Origin: Holophagales bacterium
Lineage (GTDB): Bacteria > Acidobacteriota > Thermoanaerobaculia > Multivoradales > Multivoraceae
Direction of reading: 5' to 3'
Assembly (NCBI GenBank): GCA_009836625.1
Contig: VXVC01000004.1
Location: 449,037-513,036 of the forward strand
DNA: 64,000 nt
Shown here: piece after piece, positions 8,769-20,011 of the stretch
Position numbering within the stretch: position 1 is the first letter of the stretch
Layout: every line of letters begins with the position of its first letter
Notes under the pieces: generated by a model
What the model saw: the letters and a program-made list of their open reading frames with translations, nothing else
What the model was told of the DNA's origin: nothing
Databases searched by the model: none
Translations under genes and position numbers: made by a program

Positions 8769-9296
8769 CTAGGACTCGAACTGATGCTCGATGCGTCGAT
8801 CGATCACCATCCAGCCCTCGTCGCGGCGCTTGAACTGGTAGCGAACGCGGTAGCGATCCGTGCCGGACGACAGCAATCGGTCCGTGCCGCTCACCAGCGA
8901 GTCGATGTCCCACACCTCGATCGTCGTCACCGCCGCGTTCGAGTAGCGCCAGACGTTGATCCGTTCGATCTCGAAGCTCTTGAGCATCGGACGCAGGGTG
9001 CGGCTCGCCTCCATCTCGAGGTCGTGAACGCGCTTCCTGACCGTAGCGATCTCCTTGGGCACGGCGCACGAGGCCAGAGCGTCGAAGTCTCCGGTGGCGT
9101 AGGCGTTTCCGAGCTTGGGAAGGCAGTCAGCCAGCACGATCTCTATCGCCGTTCGATCCTCGTCCGAGGCGCCATCCGGCCCGGCCTCGGCGCAACCGGC
9201 CAGTCCACCGGCGAGCAAGACCGCGGCAACCACCGGAACCGGAGCGCGGCCCGTGGGGAAACGGAAAACCGAATACGAGGAGTTAGAACTGCTCAT
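8769..9296 (-). CDS. Hypothetical lipoprotein
   Basis: Signal/lipobox LLAGGLAGCAEA; there is no recognisable catalytic motif. It sits between der and tRNA-Leu. Confidence 0.5.
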   Translation of the reverse strand: MSSSNSSYSVFRFPTGRAPVPVVAAVLLAGGLAGCAEAGPDGASDEDRTAIEIVLADCLPKLGNAYATGDFDALASCAVPKEIATVRKRVHDLEMEASRTLRPMLKSFEIERINVWRYSNAAVTTIEVWDIDSLVSGTDRLLSSGTDRYRVRYQFKRRDEGWMVIDRRIEHQFES

Positions 9297-9357
9297 GCAG
9301 GGAGACTAGCAGCCTGCCGAGCGGGTAGAATGCCGGTCCGGCCTAAGGCCGCCGGGC

Positions 9358-9444
9358 GCGAAAGTGGCGGAATTGGTAGACGCGCAAGATTCAGGATCTT
9401 GTGGTAGCAATACCGTGGGGGTTCGAGTCCCCCCTTTCGCACCA
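9358..9444 (+). tRNA. tRNA-Leu (anticodon CAG), class II with long variable arm
   Basis: Hand-folded: acceptor GCGAAAG/CTTTCGC, anticodon stem CAAGA/TCTTG with loop UUCAGGA, long variable arm, T-loop TTCGAGT, and an encoded CCA. Confidence 0.85.
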
Positions 9445-9452
9445 GAGCCAGT

Positions 9453-10025
9453 TCAGGCATAGAAGGCCAGCGCACTGTCTCCGTAGCGCCTGGTCCGCCG
9501 CAACCTGAACCTCCCGGCTGCCGCCGGTGGAGCCTGCCGGCTGGCGTGTTCCAGGACGATCTCGCCCCCGTGCGCGACGGCGGAGGAAACGGCGTCAAGC
9601 AGCTCGCCAAGCCCGCAGTCATCGTAGGGCGGATCGATGAACACGAGGTCGAAGGCGGCCTCGCGCTTGACTGCCTCCTCAAGCCCCGCGGGCAGAACCG
9701 CCCTGACCAGGCGGAGATCGGCCGTCGCGAGAGTCTCGCGGCTCGCCTTCATGCAGGCCTGGGCGCGAGAGCTGCGATCGACCGCCAGGGCGAACCCGGC
9801 TCCGCGGGACAGGGCCTCGAACGAGACGGCTCCGGAGCCGGCGTAGAGCTCCAGGAGGCGGCTGCGGGAGACGCGATCGCCCCAGTGAGAGAAAAGGGCT
9901 TCGCGAACGCGCGCCTGCGTCGGACGAACGCCCGCCGGTACCGTGAGGCGCCGACCCCGCCAGCGGCCGCCAAGCACCCTCATCCCGCCCGGGCGCGTTC
10001 CCGAGCCGGTCTGGCGGCGACTCAT
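9453..10025 (-). CDS. rsmD: 16S rRNA (guanine966-N2)-methyltransferase RsmD
   Basis: MRVLGGRWRGRRL...RPTQARVREALFSHW...LELYAGSGAVSFEALSRGA...VFIDPPY motifs. The start overlaps the upstream stop (ATGA). Confidence 0.85.
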   Translation of the reverse strand: MSRRQTGSGTRPGGMRVLGGRWRGRRLTVPAGVRPTQARVREALFSHWGDRVSRSRLLELYAGSGAVSFEALSRGAGFALAVDRSSRAQACMKASRETLATADLRLVRAVLPAGLEEAVKREAAFDLVFIDPPYDDCGLGELLDAVSSAVAHGGEIVLEHASRQAPPAAAGRFRLRRTRRYGDSALAFYA

Positions 10026-11740
10026 CCGCCGGGCGGCGACGCCTGCTGCTGCCGGTAGGCGACCCGGCCGCCCAGGATCGTGTAGACGACCTGGGTGCCG
10101 GGAATCTCCTCCTCAGGGACGGTCATGATGTCCCGGGACAGAACCGTCATGTCCGCGAGCTTTCCGACCTCGAGACTCCCCTTCGATTCCTCCTCGAAGG
10201 CCGCGTAGGCAGCGTCGATCGTGTAGGAGCGCAGGGCCTCCTCCCGCGTCATTCGCTGGTCTCCAAAGAAGACCTCGCCGTTCGTCATGCGCCGGCTGAC
10301 GGAGGCATGGAACGACGCGATCGGGTCGACATCCTCGACCGGGGCGTCCGTGCCGTTGGTGACCACGGCGCCGGACTCGATCAGATCCCGCCAGACGTAG
10401 GCGCCTTCGGCACTGCGGTGCTCGCCGAGACGATCCGGCACCCAGGGTCCGTCCGACGTGCAGTGGACCGCCTGCATCGAGGCGATCACGCCGAGTTCCG
10501 CGAATCGCGGTATGTCGTCCGGATGCAGGTGCTGGGCGTGCTCGACACGCCAGCGCTTCGTCCGGTCGCCGGCAAGCGTCCGCTCGAACAGATCGAGCGT
10601 TTCGCGGTTGGCCCGATCGCCGATCGCATGAACGCAGAACTGGAAGTCGTGTTCACGCGCGAGCCTGGCGGTCTCTTCCATCACGTCCAGGCCCGTCGTG
10701 TTGAGCCCCGTCGACTGCGGCATGTCCTCGTAGGGATCCAGCAGCCAGGCGCCGTGCGAGCCCAGGGCGCCGTCGATCGACCGCTTGATCCCGCGGACAG
10801 TGAGGAAGCCGTCGCCATGATCGATCATGCGGTAGCTGCCGAGCGACTCGGCCATCGCTTCGTTGCTTTCGCGCACCATCACCCAGAGCCGCAACGGAAG
10901 GTCGCCCTCATCCGCCATTAGCCGGTAGACGTCGATCAGCCCGAAGCTGGAGCCCGCGTCCTGGAAGCTCGTGATGCCCTTGGCGAGACACTCTTCGCCC
11001 GCGAGCCGCACGACCTCGCGGGCGTGGTTCCACTCCAGCGACTCGGCTCGCAACCCGGCAACCAGATTCTCCGCCGTTTCCCGGAGGGCACCCGTCGGTT
11101 GACCATCCGCATCCCGCACGATCTCTCCGCCGTCCGGATCGGGCGTCGTTGCGTCGATGCCGGCCAGCTCCATCGCCCGTGCGTTCGCAAACGCCATGTG
11201 GCCGCTGGCATGGCCCAGCAGCACCGGATTCTCCGGCGACACCACGCTCAGCCCGTGGTGAGTCGGCAGGCCCTGGACGCTCGGGACCGGCGACTCGGTC
11301 CACTTCGACTGATGCCAGCCCCTGCCCAGGATCCATGTTCCCGGTTCAACGTCGGCCACGCCTTCGGCGACCTGGGCGACGATCTCGTCCCAGGTCCCGG
11401 CTTCCCCGAGCGCCAGTTGCAGCTTCGCCTCCCCAACACCCCAGAAGTGGCCATGCCCTTCGATGAACCCGGGAACAACCAGCCGCCCCTCCAGGTCGAG
11501 AACCTCCGTGTCGGAACCAATCCAGGAGCGCGCATCCTCGGTTGAGCCGACGAAGACGATCCGCCCGCCGGTGGCGGCCAGCGCCTCGGCCTCGGCCGGA
11601 GTCGCCAGGGTCACCAGGCGGCCATTCACGACGACCAGGTCCGCAACCCCCGCTCCCTCTCCCCCACAGCCGCCCAGAAGGAGTCCCAGCACGGCCGCGA
11701 GGACCGAGGCGTAGCGCGCACGGACCGGAAGCCGCATCAC
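10022..11740 (-). CDS. Amidohydrolase-family metallo-hydrolase (Amidohydro_3/YtcJ-like), lipoprotein
   Basis: Lipobox LLLGGCGG; a metal-binding HGH motif (FIEGHGHFWGVG) and C-terminal HxH/D residues of the amidohydrolase superfamily. Confidence 0.75.
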   Translation of the reverse strand: MMRLPVRARYASVLAAVLGLLLGGCGGEGAGVADLVVVNGRLVTLATPAEAEALAATGGRIVFVGSTEDARSWIGSDTEVLDLEGRLVVPGFIEGHGHFWGVGEAKLQLALGEAGTWDEIVAQVAEGVADVEPGTWILGRGWHQSKWTESPVPSVQGLPTHHGLSVVSPENPVLLGHASGHMAFANARAMELAGIDATTPDPDGGEIVRDADGQPTGALRETAENLVAGLRAESLEWNHAREVVRLAGEECLAKGITSFQDAGSSFGLIDVYRLMADEGDLPLRLWVMVRESNEAMAESLGSYRMIDHGDGFLTVRGIKRSIDGALGSHGAWLLDPYEDMPQSTGLNTTGLDVMEETARLAREHDFQFCVHAIGDRANRETLDLFERTLAGDRTKRWRVEHAQHLHPDDIPRFAELGVIASMQAVHCTSDGPWVPDRLGEHRSAEGAYVWRDLIESGAVVTNGTDAPVEDVDPIASFHASVSRRMTNGEVFFGDQRMTREEALRSYTIDAAYAAFEEESKGSLEVGKLADMTVLSRDIMTVPEEEIPGTQVVYTILGGRVAYRQQQASPPGG

Positions 11741-13575
11741 TCCGCTGGAATACGAAGCGTTTGCCCCACGACAATCCGGCTGCCCCGCAGGCCGTTCGCC
11801 CTCTGGATCTTCGCAGTGGACGTTCCGAACGTCCGCGCCAACTGGCTCAGGGTGTCGCCCCGCCGAACGCGGTAGACCACGTCCTTGCCACCCGCCGGGA
11901 TCCGCAGGCGTTGGCCGGCATGGATCAGCTCCGGGCGCCGTAGCTCATTCGCAGCCACCACGGCCGCCACCGTGACGCCGTACTTCCGGGCGATCCGATG
12001 CACCGACTCGCCGCTTCTCACGACGTGGACAATCTCGCTCGGAGTCTCTTGCGGCGAGTTCCGGGTTTCAGCCGCCGCAGTGCGTTCCTCGGGCGCCCTG
12101 ACCGCGGCACGCTGGACCGGTGGCGGCGCGGTCCGGCCGGAACCCTGCTGCGGGATTCGCAGCCGTTGACCGACGTAGATTCGATCCGCCCGCGGCAGGC
12201 GATTCGCGCGCTGGAGCTCGGACACGGACGATCCGAATCGGCGGGCAATGGCACCCAGCGTGTCGCCGCGCCGCACCCGGTAGCCGAACGCCGCCTGGCG
12301 ATCCGGCTTGCGCTCGGGCGACAGCGCGGCGTAGGCCTGCTCGAACCGCGGCGCGCTCCCCGCCGGCACGCGCAGGGGGTAGCGAGGTGGAACCAGCAGC
12401 GACCCGGCCAGGACCGACCGGTCGAGCGCCGGATTCAGCTCCGCCAGTTCGTCCATCTCCACCCCTGTGGCCGTTGCCAGGTCGGTCAGAGCCACATAGC
12501 GATCCCGGTCGACGACGTCGAACCGGATCTCGGGGAACGGTTCGACACCGGGGAAATGCCGGTCGCGATCGACGTAGACGATCACGGCGGCGAGAAACTC
12601 CGGGTAGAAGTTCCGTGAGGCGAAGCCGAACGTCCGCGACCGGTACTTTTCGGCGATCACGCCGATGTCCCGCGTGCCCAGCCGCCGTACTGCCCTCGCC
12701 ATACCGCCTGCACCGTGGTTGTACGCGGTCAGCGCCAATGGCCAGGCTTCAAGAGACTCGTAGTCCTGGCGGAGCTTGCGGGCAGCGCCTTCGGCGGCGA
12801 GCAGAACGTCCGACCGGGCGTCGACCGCCTCATCCATCTGCAGAAAGGCCCGGCCCGTCGAGGCCGTGAACTGCCACGCACCCGAAGCGCCGACCTTGGA
12901 GCGGGCGCGGTAGTTGAACATGGATTCAACGAACGGCAGGCAGCGGATCTCCGCGGGCAGTCCGTACTCCGCCAGGGTCCGCTGGATCCCCGGCATGAAC
13001 AGGCCCGAGATCTCGATCGCCTCTTCGAAACGGTCCCGGAGCCCGCGCTGCGAGCGAATCAGGCCCGCGGCACGCCGGTACTTCGTCCGCCCTCCCGCGA
13101 TGTTCTCCATCTGTGACGGTATCGACCGGCGATCCGGTGGCAGGTCCATTGCCGGCCGTCCCGCCGCCAGGTCGCGAAGAGCCTTCGCGATCCGGCTCAT
13201 CTCGGCCCGGACACGCCTGATGCGCGCCCGGTCGATCTGGAGTTCGGACGAACCGGTCGCCCGCAGGTCGCTCATGTCGACCACGCTGTAGACGACGTTC
13301 AGGTGGCGCTCGTCGTGCAGGATGACCTGATCGCTCGTGTAGGTAGCGAAGACATCCTTCCAGAACTCGACCGCCGCTGCCAGGTTCCCAGGTAGCGGGA
13401 ACACCTCGGGATCGAGCGCCGGGTGGTAGCGCTCCTGGGCAACCGCCCCCGAAGCCCCGAACGCCAGCAGCACCGTACAAACCGGGAGCAGCCCGGAGAG
13501 CCGGGGGCGATCGCATCGGTGATTCCGCATCGGGGCCCGTATCCTACTGAAAACCAAGGACTTATGCATCTCCAA
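11737..13575 (-). CDS. mltD: Membrane-bound lytic murein transglycosylase D-like (SLT domain plus three C-terminal LysM repeats)
   Basis: SLT motifs (ESMFNYRARSKVGASGAWQFTASTGRAF; AYNHGAGGMARAV) and three LysM motifs (YRVRRGDTLGAIARRFG, HVVRSGESVHRIARKYG, YRVRRGDTLSQLARTFG). Confidence 0.85.
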   Translation of the reverse strand: MEMHKSLVFSRIRAPMRNHRCDRPRLSGLLPVCTVLLAFGASGAVAQERYHPALDPEVFPLPGNLAAAVEFWKDVFATYTSDQVILHDERHLNVVYSVVDMSDLRATGSSELQIDRARIRRVRAEMSRIAKALRDLAAGRPAMDLPPDRRSIPSQMENIAGGRTKYRRAAGLIRSQRGLRDRFEEAIEISGLFMPGIQRTLAEYGLPAEIRCLPFVESMFNYRARSKVGASGAWQFTASTGRAFLQMDEAVDARSDVLLAAEGAARKLRQDYESLEAWPLALTAYNHGAGGMARAVRRLGTRDIGVIAEKYRSRTFGFASRNFYPEFLAAVIVYVDRDRHFPGVEPFPEIRFDVVDRDRYVALTDLATATGVEMDELAELNPALDRSVLAGSLLVPPRYPLRVPAGSAPRFEQAYAALSPERKPDRQAAFGYRVRRGDTLGAIARRFGSSVSELQRANRLPRADRIYVGQRLRIPQQGSGRTAPPPVQRAAVRAPEERTAAAETRNSPQETPSEIVHVVRSGESVHRIARKYGVTVAAVVAANELRRPELIHAGQRLRIPAGGKDVVYRVRRGDTLSQLARTFGTSTAKIQRANGLRGSRIVVGQTLRIPAE

Positions 13576-13607
13576 CGGCCGCTGCGCCGATACGGAACCG
13601 GAGTACG

Positions 13608-15146
<1,539 letters not shown>

Positions 15147-15198
15147 CGTTCAGGACCTCCCGGGAACTCCCGGATCCTCTGGCTTCCGCGCAGGGCTG

Positions 15199-16227
15199 TC
15201 AACCATGACCCCGGAGCCCCACGGCGTCGGCAAGCAGTTCGTAGGAGCGCAACCGAGCCTCGAAGCTCGGACAGATCGTCAGCACGACGAGTTCCGCTAC
15301 TCGCAGACGTTCCGCCAACTCCCGCGCCCGCGCGGCCACCGCATCCGGCGCTCCGACCAGACTGCGCGCCCGCATCTTCCGCTGCACGGCCCGGTCCGCC
15401 TCCGTGAAGTCGTAGGCTTCCGCCTCTTCCAGGCTCGGGAACGGGCCCGGCTGGCCCTGGGTCAGCCGGATCCACCACAGGAACCGGCTGAGCGACTGCC
15501 GGTTCGCCTCCTCGTCGGTTGGCGCGACCATCGCGCTGACGCCAACGCTCGCCCGCGGCTCGGGGTGACGGTCCGACGGACGGTACTCGTTGCGGTAGAG
15601 CTCGAGCGCGGCCTCGGCGTCGCGGGGCTGAATGAAGTGAGCGAAGCTGAAGGGACAGCCGAAGTAGGCGGCGAACCGCGCGGAACCGAGGCTCGAGCCC
15701 AGGAGCCACACCTCCGGTTGCGTATCTCCCAGGGGCATCGCCCGGACCCCGTTCAGCCGGTCGTCCTCGTGGCCCCGGCCCAGGTACCCGAGGAGGTCGG
15801 CGACCTGTTCCGGGTAGTGCTGCACACCGAGGCGGCCCGGCCCATGAGCAAGCAGGTGCGCCGTGAACCGGTCCGACCCCGGCGCCCTGCCGATCCCCAG
15901 GTCGATTCGACCCGGGTAGAGGGTCTCCAGCATGCGGAACACCTCGGCCACCTTGAGCGCGCTGTAGTGACTCAGCATGACGCCCCCGGAGCCCACCCGG
16001 ATGCGGCTGGTCGCCGCGGCGACCTGGCCGATCAGCGCCTCCGGCGCGGCGCAGGCGAGCGATTGCGAGTTGTGATGCTCCGCCAGCCAGTACCGCCGAT
16101 ACCCGAGGCGATCCGTCGCCCGCGCCAGCTGCACCGCCTCGCGGATCGCGTCCGCGGGAGTGCTTCCCGCCCGCACCGGGCACTGGTCGAGAACGCTGAG
16201 CGCCAGCGGGGACGCCGCCCCGGCCAC
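15199..16227 (-). CDS. LLM-class flavin-dependent oxidoreductase (luciferase-like monooxygenase)
   Basis: LSVLDQCPV...YRRYWLAEHHNSQSLACAAPEALIGQVAAATSRIRVGSGGVML is the typical LLM N-terminal TIM-barrel signature. Confidence 0.8.
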   Translation of the reverse strand: MAGAASPLALSVLDQCPVRAGSTPADAIREAVQLARATDRLGYRRYWLAEHHNSQSLACAAPEALIGQVAAATSRIRVGSGGVMLSHYSALKVAEVFRMLETLYPGRIDLGIGRAPGSDRFTAHLLAHGPGRLGVQHYPEQVADLLGYLGRGHEDDRLNGVRAMPLGDTQPEVWLLGSSLGSARFAAYFGCPFSFAHFIQPRDAEAALELYRNEYRPSDRHPEPRASVGVSAMVAPTDEEANRQSLSRFLWWIRLTQGQPGPFPSLEEAEAYDFTEADRAVQRKMRARSLVGAPDAVAARARELAERLRVAELVVLTICPSFEARLRSYELLADAVGLRGHG

Positions 16228-17112
16228 TCAGTATGCCGTGGAACGCCGGAAGCGCTCCACCACTTTGTCGTTCTCGCGCTCGGCGCGGGCCAGCAGACGC
16301 GCCGCCCACTCCTTGCGCTGCTCGTCCACAGCCTGCGGGTCGTAGCGGTCGACCATGGAACCGAACTGGCTGATGTGGGCCGCCGAGGCCCTTGCCTTCT
16401 TTCCCGCCACCGCCGTGATATCGACCGTGTAGTTCGGGTTGGCGCTGTAGTAGAAGAAGACGAGGGGCACGCTCCACGCCTCGAAGCCCTCGGCCTCCAG
16501 CTCCGGGAAGTACAGCCGCCAGCGAGCCGCGCGGATCGCGTCTACCGTGATGATCGCGCCCGAACGATGGTCCGACTTGTGGTACTGCTCGTAGGGCGAA
16601 CCGGGATCGACCGAGAACAGGGCATCGGGCTTGAACCGCCGTATCTCCCGGGCCACCTGACGGGTCAGGTCCCGGCGGTCGACGTACTCCAGCATGCCGT
16701 CGTCATGGCCCAGCCAGACGATGTTCTCCTTCGGAATGCCGAGGATGCGGCAGGCCTCTTCCTCTTCGGCCCGCCGGATCGCCTTCAGGCGGTCTTTCGT
16801 CATTTCCGGGTCACGGGAACCGGCATTGTCCGTCGTGTAGACGACGACCCGGATGTCGTTGCCGTTCGCCGCCAGAATCGCCAGTGTGCCGCCGGAGGTG
16901 AAGGTCTCGTCGTCCGGGTGCGGCGTCACGACCAGAATGCGACGCCCCGACCACTCTTCGATCCGGTCGGCGCCCGTGTACTCCGGTTCGGGGCGCGAGA
17001 CCTGGGCCTCGACCGAGCCCACGGCGACGACGGCGACGACCACGGTGGCAAGCAACATACCCGCCCCGGCCGGGAGTGCTGGAGCAAAGCCTCTCACGCC
17101 CGCCGTGACCAT
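16228..17112 (-). CDS. PIG-L/LmbE-family N-acetylglucosaminyl deacetylase, secreted
   Basis: A signal peptide and the PIG-L zinc motif ILVVTPHPDDETFTSGGTLA...HKSDHRSG. Confidence 0.75.
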   Translation of the reverse strand: MVTAGVRGFAPALPAGAGMLLATVVVAVVAVGSVEAQVSRPEPEYTGADRIEEWSGRRILVVTPHPDDETFTSGGTLAILAANGNDIRVVVYTTDNAGSRDPEMTKDRLKAIRRAEEEEACRILGIPKENIVWLGHDDGMLEYVDRRDLTRQVAREIRRFKPDALFSVDPGSPYEQYHKSDHRSGAIITVDAIRAARWRLYFPELEAEGFEAWSVPLVFFYYSANPNYTVDITAVAGKKARASAAHISQFGSMVDRYDPQAVDEQRKEWAARLLARAERENDKVVERFRRSTAY

Positions 17113-17132
17113 CGAGTCAGTATAGTGAATCC

Positions 17133-18917
17133 ATGGCTCCGACTCGCCGTTGCGGGCGACTCACCGCGGCTTTCCTCACGTTGCCCCTGGCCGCCGTCCC
17201 GGCCGGCGCTCAGCCGCCGGAAGGCCCGGACGTCCCGGCCGCGACGGTCGCTGAGCAGGTTGACGTGAACATCGTGAACATCGACGTACACGTGACGAAC
17301 CGCCGGGGCAGGCCGATCGCCGACCTCACCGCCGCCGACTTCGAGGTCTACGAGAACGGCGAGTTGGTCGAAGTCACCAACTTTCTGAACGCCGCCGCCC
17401 GTGAGGAGCTGGAATGGACCGATGGCGGCGAACTGGAGGCGGACACCGACGCCCCCTTGATGGTAGCGCTCTACGTCGACCGCTATCGCACCAGGCACGG
17501 CCACCTGCTTCGCATCGAAGACGACCTCGCCTCCTTCCTCAGCGCCCGCCGGGACCAGGGCGGCGGCATCCGCTTCCTGCTCGCCACGGGTGATCCGGAG
17601 CTGAACGTCCGGGTTCCCTTCACGGACGACCCGCGGGAACTTCTTGGGGCCCTGGAGCAACTGCGTGAGGAGCCGCGCTCCGGTCTCCATGACGACGACC
17701 TGCTGCGCAGACGCACCCTGGACGAGATCCGGACCACCTACGAGACGTGCATCCAGCCTCCCTCCAGCGACTTCAATCCCGGCTGTGTGCCATGCGTCGA
17801 CACCTGGCCCGCGCTCCTCGGCGCCGCCGGCCAGTACGCAGCGGAGATGCAAGCCCGGGCTGGGACCTCCCTGGCTTCGCTTGCCGAACTGGCGACTGCC
17901 CTCGGCGGTCTCCCGGGCCCCAAAGCGCTCGTCTACGTCAGTGACGGACTGCCCCAACGCCCCGGGGCCGACCTCTTCCACTATCTGGGCCAAATCTGCG
18001 TGGATCGGCAGTCGGAAGCGGACGCCCTCGACCGCGAATGGGACGACACGACCCGATTCAACCGCTTCAGCTCCTTCAGCAACGCGAATCGGGTCACCAT
18101 CTATCCTGTCGACGCCGGCGGCGTTCGGGCCTCGTCGGCCACCGATCCGACCCTCGCCGGCCCGGTCAGCGAGGTAGGCGACTTCGGAGGGACCAGAGAC
18201 TCACGGCTGTCGACCGTGCTCGTGCCCAGCACCGAGAACGACCGCCTGCGCGTCGACAACCTGCAGGCGACTCTCAGCCTTCTGGCGGACGAGACCGGAG
18301 GCCGCGCGGTCTTCAACCAGCCGAACCCTGCCGAAGCGCTCGAGGGGATTGCGTCGGACTTTGGTTCCTACTACTCCCTGGGCTATCGGGCGCCGCCCGA
18401 CCGCCGCCATCCGATTCGCCAGGTCGAAGTGCGTCTGACCAGGCAGGCAAAGGGCTGGCAGGTGCGGTACCGCCGCTCCTACATTCTGAAGTCGGCCGAT
18501 CAGCGACTGGCCGACCGTCTGTTTGCGGCGCTGAAGCTGGACGAACAGACCAATCCGCTCGCCGCAGACGTGACGTTCGGTGAAACCTCGCCCGGAACCG
18601 AAGCGGGCCGAAGGACGCTTCCCGTGGGGGTACGGGTTCCGGTTTCGGCCGTCACCCTGCTTCCCGGACCGTCGGGCGCCTCCGGAGCGGTGCGCATCTT
18701 CCTGGTCGCCGAAGGGGAAGACGGCCGTCGCACGCCGATGCGACAGAAGACCCTGACCTTGATGGAAGCGGAGTTGCCCGAGATCGGCCAGACCAAGACC
18801 GTTGTCGTGAACGTCGACCTGCCGCCGGGCAGGTTCTCGGTCGCGGTCGGGGTCCGGGACGAGGCCTCCGGGCGCGGCAGCTACCTCGTTCGGGACGTCG
18901 AGTTGCCTGCCGGCTAG
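17133..18917 (+). CDS. VWA domain-containing secreted protein (VWFA-related acidobacterial-type domain architecture)
   Basis: A signal peptide, a von Willebrand A region with a MIDAS-like DxSxS (YVSDGLPQ..., VDAGGVRAS), and a long C-terminal extension. It resembles the VWFA-related domain family common in Acidobacteria. Confidence 0.6.
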   Translation: MAPTRRCGRLTAAFLTLPLAAVPAGAQPPEGPDVPAATVAEQVDVNIVNIDVHVTNRRGRPIADLTAADFEVYENGELVEVTNFLNAAAREELEWTDGGELEADTDAPLMVALYVDRYRTRHGHLLRIEDDLASFLSARRDQGGGIRFLLATGDPELNVRVPFTDDPRELLGALEQLREEPRSGLHDDDLLRRRTLDEIRTTYETCIQPPSSDFNPGCVPCVDTWPALLGAAGQYAAEMQARAGTSLASLAELATALGGLPGPKALVYVSDGLPQRPGADLFHYLGQICVDRQSEADALDREWDDTTRFNRFSSFSNANRVTIYPVDAGGVRASSATDPTLAGPVSEVGDFGGTRDSRLSTVLVPSTENDRLRVDNLQATLSLLADETGGRAVFNQPNPAEALEGIASDFGSYYSLGYRAPPDRRHPIRQVEVRLTRQAKGWQVRYRRSYILKSADQRLADRLFAALKLDEQTNPLAADVTFGETSPGTEAGRRTLPVGVRVPVSAVTLLPGPSGASGAVRIFLVAEGEDGRRTPMRQKTLTLMEAELPEIGQTKTVVVNVDLPPGRFSVAVGVRDEASGRGSYLVRDVELPAG

Positions 18918-19903
18918 CGGGCCCTGAACGCCTCGACGTCTTCAGCGCTGGTCAACACGTCCAGACCGGTGTAGATCGGGTCCTCGACCGATCCGCCGCT
19001 CACCAGTTCCAGCAGCACCTCCATCGACCGGTAGCCCATGGCGTAGGGCCGCTGCCCGACCTGGCCGTGACTGAGCCCCTCGACCAGCAGGTCCAATTGC
19101 ATCGGCAGCACGTCGGCGCCAATGATCACGAGGTCCAGGGATTCGATCCTCTCCCGGTAGGGCTCGACCGCCTGCCGGTAGGCCTGGTCCACGAACTGCG
19201 GGAAGCCGCCCGTGATCGAGAACACGTCGAGGTCAGGCTCCGAGGCCAGCACATCGGCCATCTGCTGGACGGCGAGCGGGAAGTCGTCGTTCGTGTAGAG
19301 AGGGCAAGCCGCCACCTCCGTCCAGCCGTTTCGACCTTCGAGCCGCTCCCCCGGCGGTGCGGCCGATACGACGCCGGCCAGGGTGTCCCGGAGCCCCTGC
19401 ATCCGCTCATTGTGGTTCATCGCGGCGGCCCCGCCGGACTGAATGCAGATACTGCCCCCTTCCGGCTTCAGCTCCTGGAGCAGCTTCGCCTGCTCGACGC
19501 CCATCGCGCGGTTCTCGGTGCCGATGTAGGTGGTCCGCAGCCCGGCGTCCTCGGCCAGTAGATCGGAGTCCCAGGTGATCACCGGGATGCCGGAGTCCCG
19601 CGCCCGCACCAGCACCCTGGCCATCGCGACAGCGTTCGACGGAGACACGGCAACTCCGTCGACGCGGCGCGTGATCAGGTCTTCCACCACCTGGATCTGA
19701 TCCGCCTCCGTGTGCTCGCTCGGACCGATGTACAGGCACTCCACGCCGTCGAGATCCTCGGCCGCCTGCATGCAGCCGTCACGGGCGAAGTCGAAGAACG
19801 GGTTGTTCATGGCCTTGGGCACCAGTGCGAAGGTGTAGCCCGCTTCTTCCCGCGCGCAGCCAGCCACCGCCAGTAGCGAGAGGACAACGACCCCCGCCGG
19901 CAT
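18914..19903 (-). CDS. ABC transporter periplasmic sugar-binding lipoprotein (RbsB/LacI-type PBP fold)
   Basis: Lipobox LLAVAGCAREE and type I PBP motifs (VDGVAVSPSNAVAM, GIPVITWDSDL, YIGTENRAMG). The true ATG is at 19903. Confidence 0.8.
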   Translation of the reverse strand: MPAGVVVLSLLAVAGCAREEAGYTFALVPKAMNNPFFDFARDGCMQAAEDLDGVECLYIGPSEHTEADQIQVVEDLITRRVDGVAVSPSNAVAMARVLVRARDSGIPVITWDSDLLAEDAGLRTTYIGTENRAMGVEQAKLLQELKPEGGSICIQSGGAAAMNHNERMQGLRDTLAGVVSAAPPGERLEGRNGWTEVAACPLYTNDDFPLAVQQMADVLASEPDLDVFSITGGFPQFVDQAYRQAVEPYRERIESLDLVIIGADVLPMQLDLLVEGLSHGQVGQRPYAMGYRSMEVLLELVSGGSVEDPIYTGLDVLTSAEDVEAFRAR

Positions 19904-20011
19904 CCGGCAGTGTCCGCGGGTGCCTCGCCCGCTTCGCGGCTTCCTCTTCCAACTCACTTGTAACTCCCGTCGCACTGAAGCTCCCGAGCGAGCACGGGCC
20001 CCTTCCGGGCT

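Noticed and set aside
15147-15198. Possible SAH riboswitch upstream of ahcY
   Set aside because: The gap is only about 52 nt, too short for the SAH element, and no conserved pseudoknot motifs were seen.
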